Assembly (NCBI GenBank): GCA_965240325.2
Contig: OZ251251.1
Location: forward strand, 186,001-250,000
Direction: 5' to 3'
Origin: Rebecca billardiae RCC1528
Lineage: Eukaryota; Protista; Haptophyta
DNA length: 64,000 nt
The notes under the pieces were generated by a model. It ran no database searches, was not told the DNA's origin, and worked only from the letters and a program-made list of their open reading frames with translations. Positions 1 through 10,419 of the stretch are shown here, one piece after another. Position numbers and translations under genes: made by a program. Position 1 is the first letter of the stretch, and the number at the start of each line of letters is the position of its first letter.

Positions 1-429
1 ATTTGGCCCGGACCACCAGATTCAGCCGTTAACGGCCGAAAACTCATTTGTTGGAGTTTCCTTAACGGCCGCTTTAAATAAAAAGAAATCGTTGCTGTGT
101 ACTGCTGTTCTTAGTCTTACGGGACTATACGGCTCAATAAACTCAATGCATGATGTAGCAGCGCGCAGTAGTCGACATCACTCATCAGAGTAATAAGCTC
201 AGTGACTAAGCTGACGACGATGATGAGGCGACTACGTGACGCGCGCGGTACTAGATCCGCGCCGACCGTCAGCCGTTATAGGCGTCATATTCATCCGGGC
301 ACCGTGCTACACTCCGGCGCGACACGGTCAGCTGGTCAGCAGCTAGTAGAGTCGTAGTTTATAACGACCGGTCGTCGGCGTGCCAAGCAGTACTCAGCAC
401 CGCCCGACCACCGCCGCCGGCCTGGCTGT

Positions 430-3400
430 GGCACCTCCCTGCTGCTACCACCGCATGCGGCGCGAAGCCTCCTGAGCGCAGCTGCTGCCAGCTGCAGCCG
501 TGCAGCGGCGCCGTGGCGCGGGCGCAGCGGCATCGAATGGCAGAGGCTCGAGCGCGCTACGGAACGAGGCGAGCGGCGACACCACGCTCGGTGCGTCCAG
601 CGCCCACGCCTCTCGGGTGGGCACTGCCAAGCTTTCAGCTGCTGCGGCCGCCCGCCGTGGCACCATCCCTGCTGCTGCCGCCGCACGCGGCGCGGAGTCG
701 AGCGCTGCCGCTGCTGCCCAAGCTGGGCGCCGGCGCAGCAGCGTCGGATGGCAGCGGCTCCAGTGCCATGGGCGAGGCGAGCAGCGGCACCGCGTTCGGT
801 GCGCCCACCGCCCACGCCCCTCGGGCGTGCACCGTCGAGCTGACAGCTGCGTCGACAGCCGCCGCCCGCCATGGCACCATCCCTGCTGCTGCTGCCGCAC
901 GCGGCGCGGAGTCGAGCGCTGCTACTGCTGCCACGGCTGGGCGCGGGCGCAGCAGCACCGGATGGCAGCGGCTCCAGCGCCATGGGCGAGGCGAGCAGCG
1001 TCACCGCGTTCGGTGCCTCCAGCGCCCACGCCCCTCGGGCGTGCACCGCCGAGCTGACAGCTGCGTCGACAGCCGCCGCCCGCCATGGCACCATCCCTGC
1101 TGCTGCCGCCGCACGCGGCGCGGAGTCGAGCGCTGCCGCTGCTGCCCAAGCTGGGCGCCGGCACAGCAGCGTCGGATGGCAGCGGCTCCAGTGCCATGGG
1201 CGAGGCGAGCAGCGTCACCGCGTTCGGTGCCTCCAGCGCCCACGCCCCTCGGGCGTGCACCGCCGAGCTGACAGCTCCGTCGACCGCCGCCGCCCGCCGT
1301 GGCACCATCCCTGCTGCTGCCGCCGCACGCGGCGCGGGGTCGAGCGCTGCTGCTGCTGCCACGGCTGGGCGCGGGCGCAGTAGCACCGGATGGCAGCGGC
1401 TCCAGCGCGATGGTCGAGGAGAGCAGCGTCACCGCGTTCGGTGCCTCCAGCGCCCACGCCCCTCGGGCGTGCACCGCCGAGCTGACAGCTCCGTCGACCG
1501 CCGCCGCCCGCCATGGCACCATCCCTGCTGCTGCTGCCGCACGCGGCGCGGAGTTGAGCGCTGCCGCTGCTGCCCTGGCTGGGCGCGGGCGCAGCAGCGT
1601 CGGATGGCAGCGGCTCCAGCGCCATGGGCGAGGCGAGCAGCGTCACGGCGCTCGGTGCGCCCACCGCCCACGCCCCTCGGGCGTGCACCGCCGAGCTGAC
1701 AGCTCCGTCGACCGCCGCCGCCCGCCGTGGCACCATCCCTGCTGCTGCCGCCGCACGCGGCGCGGAGTCGAGCGCTGCTGCTGCTGCCACGGCTGGGCGC
1801 GGGCGCAGCAGCACCGGATGGCAGCGGCTCCAGCGCCATGGGCGAGGCGAGCAGCGTCACGGCGCTCGGTGCGCCCACCGCCCACGCCCCTCGGGCGTGC
1901 ACCGCCGAGCTTCCAGCTCCGTCGACCGCCGCCGCCCGCCGTGGCACCATCCCTGCTGCTGCCGCCGCACGCGGCGCGGAGTCGAGCGCTGCCGCTGCTG
2001 CCCTGGCTGGGCGCGGGCGCAGCAGCGTCGGATGGCAGCGGCTCCAGCGCCATGGGCGAGGCGAGCAGCGTCACGGCGCTCGGTGCGCCCACCGCCCACG
2101 CCCCTCGGGCGTGCACCGCCGAGCTGACAGCTCCGTCGACCGCCGCCGCCCGCCGTGGCACCATCCCTGCTGCTGCCGCCGCACGCGGCGCGGAGTCGAG
2201 CGCTGCTGCTGCTGCCACGGCTGGGCGCGGGCGCAGCAGCACCGGATGGCAGCGGCTCCAGCGCCATGGGCGAGGCGAGCAGCGTCACGGCGCTCGGTGC
2301 GCCCACCGCCCACGCCCCTCGGGCGTGCACCGCCGAGCTTCCAGCTCCGTCGACCGCCGCCGCCCGCCGTGGCACCATCCCTGCTGCTGCCGCCGCACGC
2401 GGCGCGGAGTCGAGCGCTGCTGCTGCTGCCACGGCTGGGCGCGGGCGCAGCAGCGTCGGATGGCAGCGGCTCCAGCGCCATGGGCGAGGCGAGCAGCGTC
2501 ACGGCGCTCGGTGCGCCCAGCGCCCACGCCCCTCGGGCGTGCACCGCCGAGCTTCCAGCTGCGTCGACCGCCGCCGCCCGCCGTGGCACCATCCCTGCTG
2601 CTGCCGCCGCACGCGGCGCGGAGTTGAGCGCTGCCGCTGCTGCCCTGGCCGGGCGCGGGCGCAGCAGCGTCGGATGGCAGCGGCTCCAGCGCGATGGGCG
2701 AGGCGAGCAGCGTCACGGCGCTCGGTGCGCCCAGCGCCCAAGCCTCTCGGGCGTGCACCGCCGAGCTTCCAGCTCCGTCGACCGCCGCCGCCCGCCGTGG
2801 CACCATCCCTGCTGCTGCTGCCGCACGCGGCGCGGAGTCGAGCGCTGCTGCTGCTGCCACGGCTGGGCGCGGGCGCAGCAGCACCGGATGGCAGCGGCTC
2901 CAGCGCGATGGGCGAGGCGAGCAGCGTCACGGCGCTCGGTGCGCCCAGCGCCCACGCCCCTCGGGCGTGCACCGCCGAGCTGACAGCTGCGTCGACAGCC
3001 GCCGCCCGCCATGGCACCATCCCTGCTGCTGCTGCCGCACGCGGCGCGGAGTCGAGCGCTGCTACTGCTGCCACGGCTGGGCGCGGGCGCAGCAGCACCG
3101 GATGGCAGCGGCTCCAGCGCCATGGGCGAGGCGAGCAGCGTCACGGCGCTCGATGCGCCCACCGCCCACGCCCCTCGGGCGTGCACCGCCGAGCTTCCAG
3201 CTCCGTCGACCGCCGCCGCCCGCCGTGGCACCATCCCTGCTGCTGCCGCCGCACGCGGCGCGGAGTCGAGCGCTGCTGCTGCTGCCACGGCTGGGCGCGG
3301 GCGCAGCAGCGTCGGATGGCAGCGGCTCCAGCGCCATGGGCGAGGCGAGCAGCGTCACGGCGCTCGGTGCGCCCAGCGCCCACGCCCCTCGGGCGTGCAC

Positions 3401-4420
3401 CGCCGAGCTTCCAGCTGCGTCGACCGCCGCCGCCCGCCGTGGCACCATCCCTGCTGCTGCCGCCGCACGCGGCGCGGAGTTGAGCGCTGCCGCTGCTGCC
3501 CTGGCCGGGCGCGGGCGCAGCAGCGTCGGATGGCAGCGGCTCCAGCGCGATGGGCGAGGCGAGCAGCGTCACGGCGCTCGGTGCGCCCAGCGCCCAAGCC
3601 TCTCGGGCGTGCACCGCCGAGCTTCCAGCTCCGTCGACCGCCGCCGCCCGCCGTGGCACCATCCCTGCTGCTGCTGCCGCACGCGGCGCGGAGTCGAGCG
3701 CTGCTGCTGCTGCCACGGCTGGGCGCGGGCGCAGCAGCACCGGATGGCAGCGGCTCCAGCGCGATGGGCGAGGCGAGCAGCGTCACGGCGCTCGGTGCGC
3801 CCAGCGCCCACGCCTCTCGGGCGTGCACCGCCGAGCTTCCAGCTGCGTTGACCGCCGCCGCCCGCCGTGGCACCATCCCTGCTTGTGCCGCCAATGCGGC
3901 GCGGAGTCGAGCGCTGCTGCAGCTGGGCCCCAGCTGGGCGCAGGCACAGCAGCACCAGATGGGAGCGGCTCCAGCGCGCTGGGCAGTGCCGTGGTCGCGT
4001 GGAGTGACGTCAACGCGCTCGACGCGTCCGTCGCCGTGGCCCCTCGAGCGAGCGACACCGAGCTGTCATCTGCGGCGAACGCCGTCATCCGCAGCGGGAC
4101 CATCCCAGCAGCTGCTGCCGCATGCGGTGCAGATTCGCCGAGCGTGGCTGCTGCTGGTGTTGGCCCGGATGGGCGCGGGCGCAGCATCATCAGTTGCCAG
4201 CGACCCCATCGCGGTGGACGCGATGGGCTAGGTCGCTACTTTCGGCGCGCCATTGCCCAGGCCGTTCAAGCGAGCACCACCGAGCTGATAGCTGGAGCGA
4301 CTGCCGCCGCCCGTCGTGGTACTGTACTGCTGCTTGCTGCTGCAGCATCAACAGCGCCGCTACTACTATTACCAGCAGCGCTGGGCGCGTGTATCCGAAG
4401 CAGCACCGTACTGTATTGAT
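430..4420. repeat. 214-bp tandem repeat array (16 near-identical core units plus diverged flanking units)
   Basis: GGCACCATCCCTGC recurs at 659, 873, 1087 ... 3869 (exact 214-bp steps, 16 copies); degenerate copies near 430, 4097 and 4318. 214 is not a multiple of 3, so the many ORFs here rotate through all frames. Confidence 0.97.
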
Positions 4421-6015
4421 GGCCCTGCCGTCTGAGTAGGGGAACATGCCAGTAGCTCGCATGCACCAGGATTGCAGTCCATGCCAGTACTGCCTCGCCG
4501 AGTAGAGTAGTAGGACCTCATCTGCTCACACAGCTGTGGCGCTGCCGTCTCCTTGCTGTCACGCGCAGAGCAAGTCGAGAAGTGTCTGGCGACCACCGAT
4601 GCCAGTGCTGCGCCGACAGGTAGATGTCCACCACCCGGCCGCGCCCGTAGCATGGGCGATGGTGAGATGAGTGCAGCACAGCGCACAGCTACGAGCAAGG
4701 GTGACGTGCGACGGTGTGGAGGCACGCGTGCTGGCGGCATGCTCCGAGCCCCGTGCTGCGTGCCCCCGGCTGCTTCTCGCCCTTGGTCGTCTCCTCGTCG
4801 ATGCCCTCCTCCCCCGTACGCGTGAGCTCTGCGACGCCATCGGGCCAGCCCACCAGCGAACCGTGGGCGTGGCGCCCCGGCTGACGGCTGGCTGCCATCG
4901 CAAGCCACACACGCCTGCACTCGACAACTGGGCCGCCTGAGCCCTGTTGCCGCGTGCACGGCCACATTGTCAAGATCACTACGTACTGTTGAACCAAGTG
5001 TGCACGTTAAATCTTACTACGTACTGTATCATAGTAAACTGTAGATCAGTACAGTACTTCCTTGCCATGGAACTTGAGCTCGGTGGGCGCCCACGCCCCA
5101 CGCGGCGAGGGCGACGACGGGCGTACACGGGGCCTGCGGCGGCGGGAAGCGCGCGGACGCGGCCGAGAACATCACGGTCCGGACGCCTCTCGCCAGCCGC
5201 GGACACGCACCGCGCCTCCTCCTTGCAGTTGCACGCTGCTACTTCATCTCGGCCGCCACACGGTGGTTTTGCTGCCGACCGGCTCAAGTTCCACGGCTGG
5301 TCACGATTGGGCGTGCGACCTCGCCACTGGTGCTTGCAAGAAGGTACACGAGTTGGTTGAACTCCCGCGCACCCGCTCTGCGCTCGTCGACGCCTTCTGA
5401 CGGTGACTCGGGGTGCATGCGGGGCAGTGGAATGCAGTGGGTCCGGGCATTGACTCCCAGTCGTCCAGAGCGCAGGCCACGTAGCGCGGATGTGGTGCGC
5501 ACATGGCCCGGTAATGCGGTCGCGCCATGTCTGACTGGTCTGCCCAAGGCCTGCGGCACCGCGAAACGAGCGCTCGGGAGCGCGTGACGAGCGTGCCAGC
5601 CACGTCGAGGTGGGCCACTTCGCTGGGAAATGTGCCGAGGCTCAAGTTCCACCGAACGCTCCGTACACCAAAGCCCAAGCCCACCGAGGGCGTTGGTTGG
5701 TTGGTCCAACTATCAGCAGACCATCCGATTCCATCCAACCGCAACAGCACTCGCCGCCGCCGGTGATGGGCGGTTGCCGGGGCGCGCGCCGTCAACGGGC
5801 GTCCGAGGCGCTGCGCACGCGTGCATGCCGGTAGCAGGTGCGGAGACGGCGACGACGAGCGAAGCGCGCGAGGTGGAGAGGGGCGCAGTAGCTTCCAACA
5901 GCAGCGCCACCGGGCGCGCCGCCGTCGCGCGCACCGCAGCGCCCGCAGCGCCTTTACGCCGTCGGTGCGCCCCAAGGCACCCCCTTCAGCCATCACCGGT
6001 GTCCACCAACGATCA

Positions 6016-6199
6016 CTCAACAGACCAGGGCTCTGTCGAGAGGCCGCCAAGGTCCGACCGACTCAACAGAGCATTCTTCTGTCGAGTCCAGCTGGCCTCC
6101 AAGCTCAACTCAACAGAGCCTGGGCCCTGTTGTCGAGCCCACCCCCCCCCCTCGCCGATCGGCCAACTCAACAGAACATCCTTCTGTTGAGTTGGCCGA
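6016..6199. repeat. Mini-array of four short inverted repeats (CTCAACAGA-loop-TCTGTYGAG)
   Basis: ACTCAACAGA at 6016, 6061, 6108, 6166, each followed by a partial reverse complement; last unit is a perfect 18-bp stem TCGGCCAACTCAACAGAA-CATCC-TTCTGTTGAGTTGGCCGA (6159-6199). Confidence 0.8.
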
Positions 6200-6349
6200 A
6201 AAGCGCCAAACCGGGTTGGGCCAGTCGACGATCGGGCACTACCAAATTCCCCTTTATAACGGGCTCCGGGTGGCCGACGACGAATCAGGAGACCTGCGCC
6301 GTCCTACCTGTGTCGTTAAATCATAGAATGAGTACACTGGCAAGTCAGC

Positions 6350-8206
6350 ATGCCCGCGCGGTCCGAGTCCGCCGCAAGGGCTCCGCCCTTGATGCGTGAC
6401 CCGACGAAGCACGGGGCGCCGCGCATGTGCGACGCCTTCGGCCGGGGCGTGCTCCTCGGCGTGCCCCTCGGCGCGGCGCTGACCCTCCTCGCCATCGGCA
6501 CCACCACGTGGGCGCCCACACCGACGCCTGTCGGCGCCGCGCCGCCGCGACGGCTGGGCGAGGCCGAGTGGCTACAGCAGCGGTGCGCGCCGCCGCCGCC
6601 GCCGTGCGCCGGGCTCGGGCACTACCGCCCACGCGGCGTGGCGACGGGCGTCGCGGCGGCGGACGACCCGGACGCGCCGAGTGCCGCGCGCATCGCCGCG
6701 TACACCCGCGCCTTCGACGCCGGCGGCCTCGGCCTTCTCAGCCGCGCGGAGTGGGAGGGTGGGCAGAGCGAGGCGGCCGCCGTGCGCGCGGCGGCCGCGG
6801 GCGCGCGCGCCAGCGGCCGCGGGCGCGGCGCGCGTACGAGCGCGCCACCGTGCGCCAACACGACGGCGGCGGCACGCGGCGGCGGCGGCCGCACCGCCGA
6901 GCTCTTCGACTTTGACCGCGCTCGGTACGACGCGCACGCGGCCGACCCGTCAGGGCTGGTGCCGCCGTCGGCGCAGACGCTGCCGATGCTGCGCGCGCAC
7001 GTGCGGCGGTGGCAGCACGACGTGGAGAAGGGGCTGAGCATGCCGCGCATGCGCCCCGGCTTCGGCGTCGCGTCGGGCGCGCTCGCCACGCTGCACCGCC
7101 ACGCGCGCTTGCTGCTCGAGCGAACGGCCCATGCGCCCACGCGCGCCGCCGCGGATGCAGACCGCGCGCTGCTCCGCACAGTACAGAGCGCGCTCGCGAG
7201 CTACGCCGCCGCGCACGCCGCGCGGGGGAAGCACGTGCCGCCCAAGGCGGCCAAGCTGCTGCGCTTCTGGGAGCAGCAGGAGCTCGGCGGCCCAGCCCTA
7301 CCCTACCCGCCCAACCCTACCCTACCCCGCCACAACCCGCACGCTCCGGCGCAGCAGCAGTCGGGCGGCGGCGCGCCGGCTCACACGGAGGAGGGCCGTC
7401 CGACGGAGGCGGCGGCGGCGGCTGCGCAACCGCCCTCCTTCCCGCAGGGCGGCGCGCGCCGCGTGCGCAGGGAGGAGGTGCTGGCCGCGGTGGGGCGGAG
7501 GGAGCCGGCGCCTCCCGCAGCGGCGGCGGCGGCGGCGGGCGGCGCGGGCACGCTTGGTGGCGGCCGCGCGGCAGGTGCGCTGCTGCCGCCAATCGCGGTG
7601 GACCTGGCGCCCTTCTTCGCCTCGCGGCACGCCGTGCGCCAGTTCGACGCGCGCGCGCCCGTTGAACCCGGGCTGATCGTCGAGGCCGTGCGCCGCGCCG
7701 TCGAGGCCTCGCCCTCCGTGTGCAACCGGCAGGGCGCGCGTGTCTACTACCTGACCTCTGCGCGCGCGCGCGCGGCGGCGCTGCGGCAGCAGAACGGGAA
7801 CCGCGGGTTCGGGCACGCCGCGCCGGTGGTGCTCGTCCTCGCCGCGTCGGCGGAGCACTACATGCTGATGCCGGAGGAGCGGTACCAGGGCTGGATCGAC
7901 GGCGGCATGTTCGCGCAGTCGCTGCTGCTCGCGCTGCACTCGGTCGGGCTGGGCGCGTGCCCGCTCAACTGGGACGTCTCGCCGCAGCGAGATCGCGATC
8001 TCCGCCGCGAGATCGCGATCCCGGAGGGCGACCTGATCACGATGCTCGTCGCGGTCGGCCACCTCCCGCCCGAGCTCGACGTCGCCGTCTCGCCCCGCAA
8101 GCCGCTGCGGGACGTGCTCTTCCCCGAGGCGCTCGTCTTCCAGGCCGCCGACGCCGAGCCTGATGAAGCCGCACGACTGACTAAGCCACGAGACCGAGTC
8201 CGATGA
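6350..8206 (+). CDS. Nitroreductase (FMN-dependent) family protein with N-terminal hydrophobic anchor
   Basis: Motifs SRHAVRQF, SPSVCNRQ, QNGNRGFG, ERYQGWIDGGMFAQSLLLALHSVGLGACPLNW, upstream HDVEKGLSMPRMRPGFG; TM segment GVLLGVPLGAALTLLAIG. Single ORF; start could also be ATG 6392 or 6425. Confidence 0.85.
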   Translation: MPARSESAARAPPLMRDPTKHGAPRMCDAFGRGVLLGVPLGAALTLLAIGTTTWAPTPTPVGAAPPRRLGEAEWLQQRCAPPPPPCAGLGHYRPRGVATGVAAADDPDAPSAARIAAYTRAFDAGGLGLLSRAEWEGGQSEAAAVRAAAAGARASGRGRGARTSAPPCANTTAAARGGGGRTAELFDFDRARYDAHAADPSGLVPPSAQTLPMLRAHVRRWQHDVEKGLSMPRMRPGFGVASGALATLHRHARLLLERTAHAPTRAAADADRALLRTVQSALASYAAAHAARGKHVPPKAAKLLRFWEQQELGGPALPYPPNPTLPRHNPHAPAQQQSGGGAPAHTEEGRPTEAAAAAAQPPSFPQGGARRVRREEVLAAVGRREPAPPAAAAAAAGGAGTLGGGRAAGALLPPIAVDLAPFFASRHAVRQFDARAPVEPGLIVEAVRRAVEASPSVCNRQGARVYYLTSARARAAALRQQNGNRGFGHAAPVVLVLAASAEHYMLMPEERYQGWIDGGMFAQSLLLALHSVGLGACPLNWDVSPQRDRDLRREIAIPEGDLITMLVAVGHLPPELDVAVSPRKPLRDVLFPEALVFQAADAEPDEAARLTKPRDRVR

Positions 8207-8229
8207 GTAGTTATAGCAGCGTCGTGGCA

Positions 8230-8380
8230 GCATATATGTTCATCAGCGGCATCAATAAATAATAATATAAGCCATCGCGTCAATAAATAATAAATAATAA
8301 GCCATCATCAGCAGCACAATTATTATATTATATATATATATATATATATAATAATAACCCGCCAGCAAATATTAATAAGG
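8230..8380. repeat. AT-rich (TA)n/(TAA)n island between convergent gene 3' ends
   Basis: ATAAATAATAAT and (TA)n runs in a very GC-rich background; similar islands at ~20958-21052 and ~41113-41178. Confidence 0.8.
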
Positions 8381-8665
8381 CTCGTTTGGCACTCCGTCCG
8401 TCCGGGGATGCAGTGCCCGTGGCACGGGAGACTAGGGGAATAAGGGCCGGTGGCGGCGAGGCTCGGGTCATGCGCATCGATGGGTATGGTCCCAAAGGTG
8501 CCCCCAAGCGTGCGCGCACCCGCTCGCGCCGTCTACCTGCGCGCCCAGCGCCCCCACGCCGCCGCCCACCCAAATCTGCGCTTCGTATAGAAGCAGACTG
8601 CGGTAAGGGGAGACTGCTGCTGCTGACAGCGCCGCACAGCAGCCGCGACTACGCACATGCCGCGC

Positions 8666-10144
8666 TCACGCCGAGTCGGCCGCCCCGTGCAAACGCGGCA
8701 GCCGCTCGATGCGTGTGGGCGCCCACCAAACCCCTTTCACCTCCGCAAACGCGTAGTGTGCCTCGCTCACGCCGTGGCCAAGCGCTGCTGACCGCGTGCC
8801 GCACGAGAGCACGCTGCCGTCCGCCGTGACGTACAGCGCGTGGCGGGCATAGGCGAGCGAACAGCGCGTTACGTGCGCGTGCGCAAGCGCGTGCACACGC
8901 GTGGGCAGCTCGAAGTTGCGACCGCCCACGTGCCCCAACTGGGCACTGCTGTTGTTCCCAAACGTGTGCACGCTGCCGTCCGCGCCCAGCACCGCGCCGG
9001 TGGCATTGCCGCCACACGCACGCACAGCAGTGACGCCAGCCAGGGCCTCGATGCGCGCGGGCACCCACCGTCGAGAGGGATCGCCGTGCGCGAGCCAAAC
9101 CCCTCGTCCGAAGGAGTGCACGCCGCCCGCCGCGTCCACCACCAGGCTGTGCGCGTCGCCCGCGCTCACGTGCACGGCGCGCACGCCGGCGAGCGCCTCG
9201 ATGCGCCTCGGCGTGTGCTGATCCTGCTCGTCACCGTGGCCGAGCCGGCCTGCTGAGCCATAGCCGCACGAGTAGACAGTGCCGCCAGCAGAGACAAACA
9301 GCGAGTGCAAAGTCCCGGCGGCTATGCCACCGATGCGCACGCCGTCCAGCGCCTCGATGCGCGTCGGCTCCAGCCGGTCCTTCGCGTCGCTGTGGCCGAG
9401 CTGGCCATTGCTGTTGTAACCCCAGCTGTACGCGCACCCAGCGGCGGTGAGCGCGAGGCTGTGCTGCCCACCGGCCATGACGCCAACGACGGCTGCACCG
9501 TGCAGAGCCATGACGGGAGCGAACGAACGCCGCTCCTCCGTGTCCCCCAGCCCCAGCTGGCCACAGTGGTTGCTGCCGCAGCTGTACACGGCGCCGGCCT
9601 CGCTCAGCGCGAGCAGGTGGCCGTAGCCAGCGGCCACTGCGGCCACGCGCACCGCGCCGAGGGAGGCGACGTGTGTCGGCACGCGCACTCCGGGGCTTTC
9701 CGCGTGCCCGATGGCCACGTTCGCCCGGTACTCACCCGTCCGCCGCCTGTGCTCGTCCCGCACCTCCTCCTCGCCGCACGTGTGCAGCCCGCCATCCGCG
9801 TCCACAAACGCGCTGAAGCCGTTGCCGACCGCAGCGGGAGATGCGTGCGCACGCGCGAGCTCGAGCACGCGCTCGCGCACGAACAGCTCCTCCACCCACG
9901 TGTAGACGCCGGCGGGCAGTGACGCTGGCAGCGCGCGCTCGTGCCCGCGCGCGCGCGCGCGCTCGCGCAGCGCGCGCTCGACCGCCGAGCACCCGCCGGG
10001 CGGCGCGGCGTGGAAGAGGCGCGCTGTGGCGTTCAGGCTGACGATGTCGCGCGGCGGAAGGGGCGAGATGATGCGGCCGAGCACCTCGGGAGGCAGGTCG
10101 TCGAGCGCGAGGCGACGCGCGTGCGCCCGTGCCGTGCTGGCCAT
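8666..10144 (-). CDS. F-box-like + RCC1 repeat protein, copy 1
   Basis: ATG 10144; LDDLPPEVLGRIISPLPPRDIVSLNATARLF (F-box pattern) followed by ~7 RCC1 blades (VAAGxxHxLAL...VYSCGxNxxGQLG); intronless. Confidence 0.88.
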   Translation of the reverse strand: MASTARAHARRLALDDLPPEVLGRIISPLPPRDIVSLNATARLFHAAPPGGCSAVERALRERARARGHERALPASLPAGVYTWVEELFVRERVLELARAHASPAAVGNGFSAFVDADGGLHTCGEEEVRDEHRRRTGEYRANVAIGHAESPGVRVPTHVASLGAVRVAAVAAGYGHLLALSEAGAVYSCGSNHCGQLGLGDTEERRSFAPVMALHGAAVVGVMAGGQHSLALTAAGCAYSWGYNSNGQLGHSDAKDRLEPTRIEALDGVRIGGIAAGTLHSLFVSAGGTVYSCGYGSAGRLGHGDEQDQHTPRRIEALAGVRAVHVSAGDAHSLVVDAAGGVHSFGRGVWLAHGDPSRRWVPARIEALAGVTAVRACGGNATGAVLGADGSVHTFGNNSSAQLGHVGGRNFELPTRVHALAHAHVTRCSLAYARHALYVTADGSVLSCGTRSAALGHGVSEAHYAFAEVKGVWWAPTRIERLPRLHGAADSA

Positions 10145-10419
10145 CGCTCGCGGTTTGCGCTCAGGGTGCGCGGTGCGCCTCCGCTCCGCAAGCGCCAAAC
10201 GTCGTTCCGGAGCCGGAAAGCGGCCGGACAACGGGGAAAAGGGTCCGGAGCCAGCGCAAGCGGCGGAGGGGAGCGGCACCAGCCATCCCCTGCCCCTCGC
10301 CGTGCGGGCCTCAGCACTCAGTCACTCACTCTCAGCCTCAGGCGTCCAGCTATTGTACGGAGTTCTGTTGGTTCAAGACTACTCACACAGCGCCGCAGCA
10401 GCCGACGCACATGCCGCGC

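Noticed and set aside
336-4466. Dozens of long overlapping ORFs in the tandem array
   Set aside because: Unit length 214 rotates the frame; ORFs on both strands reflect stop-codon scarcity, with no domain signal.
4420-6000. ORFs and a 12-mer GCTCAAGTTCCA seen three times (5068 reverse, 5282, 5640)
   Set aside because: No recognisable protein or consistent structure; probably decayed repeat-derived sequence.
6016-6199. CRISPR array interpretation of the hairpin repeats
   Set aside because: Eukaryotic context, no cas genes, repeats too divergent and spacing irregular.
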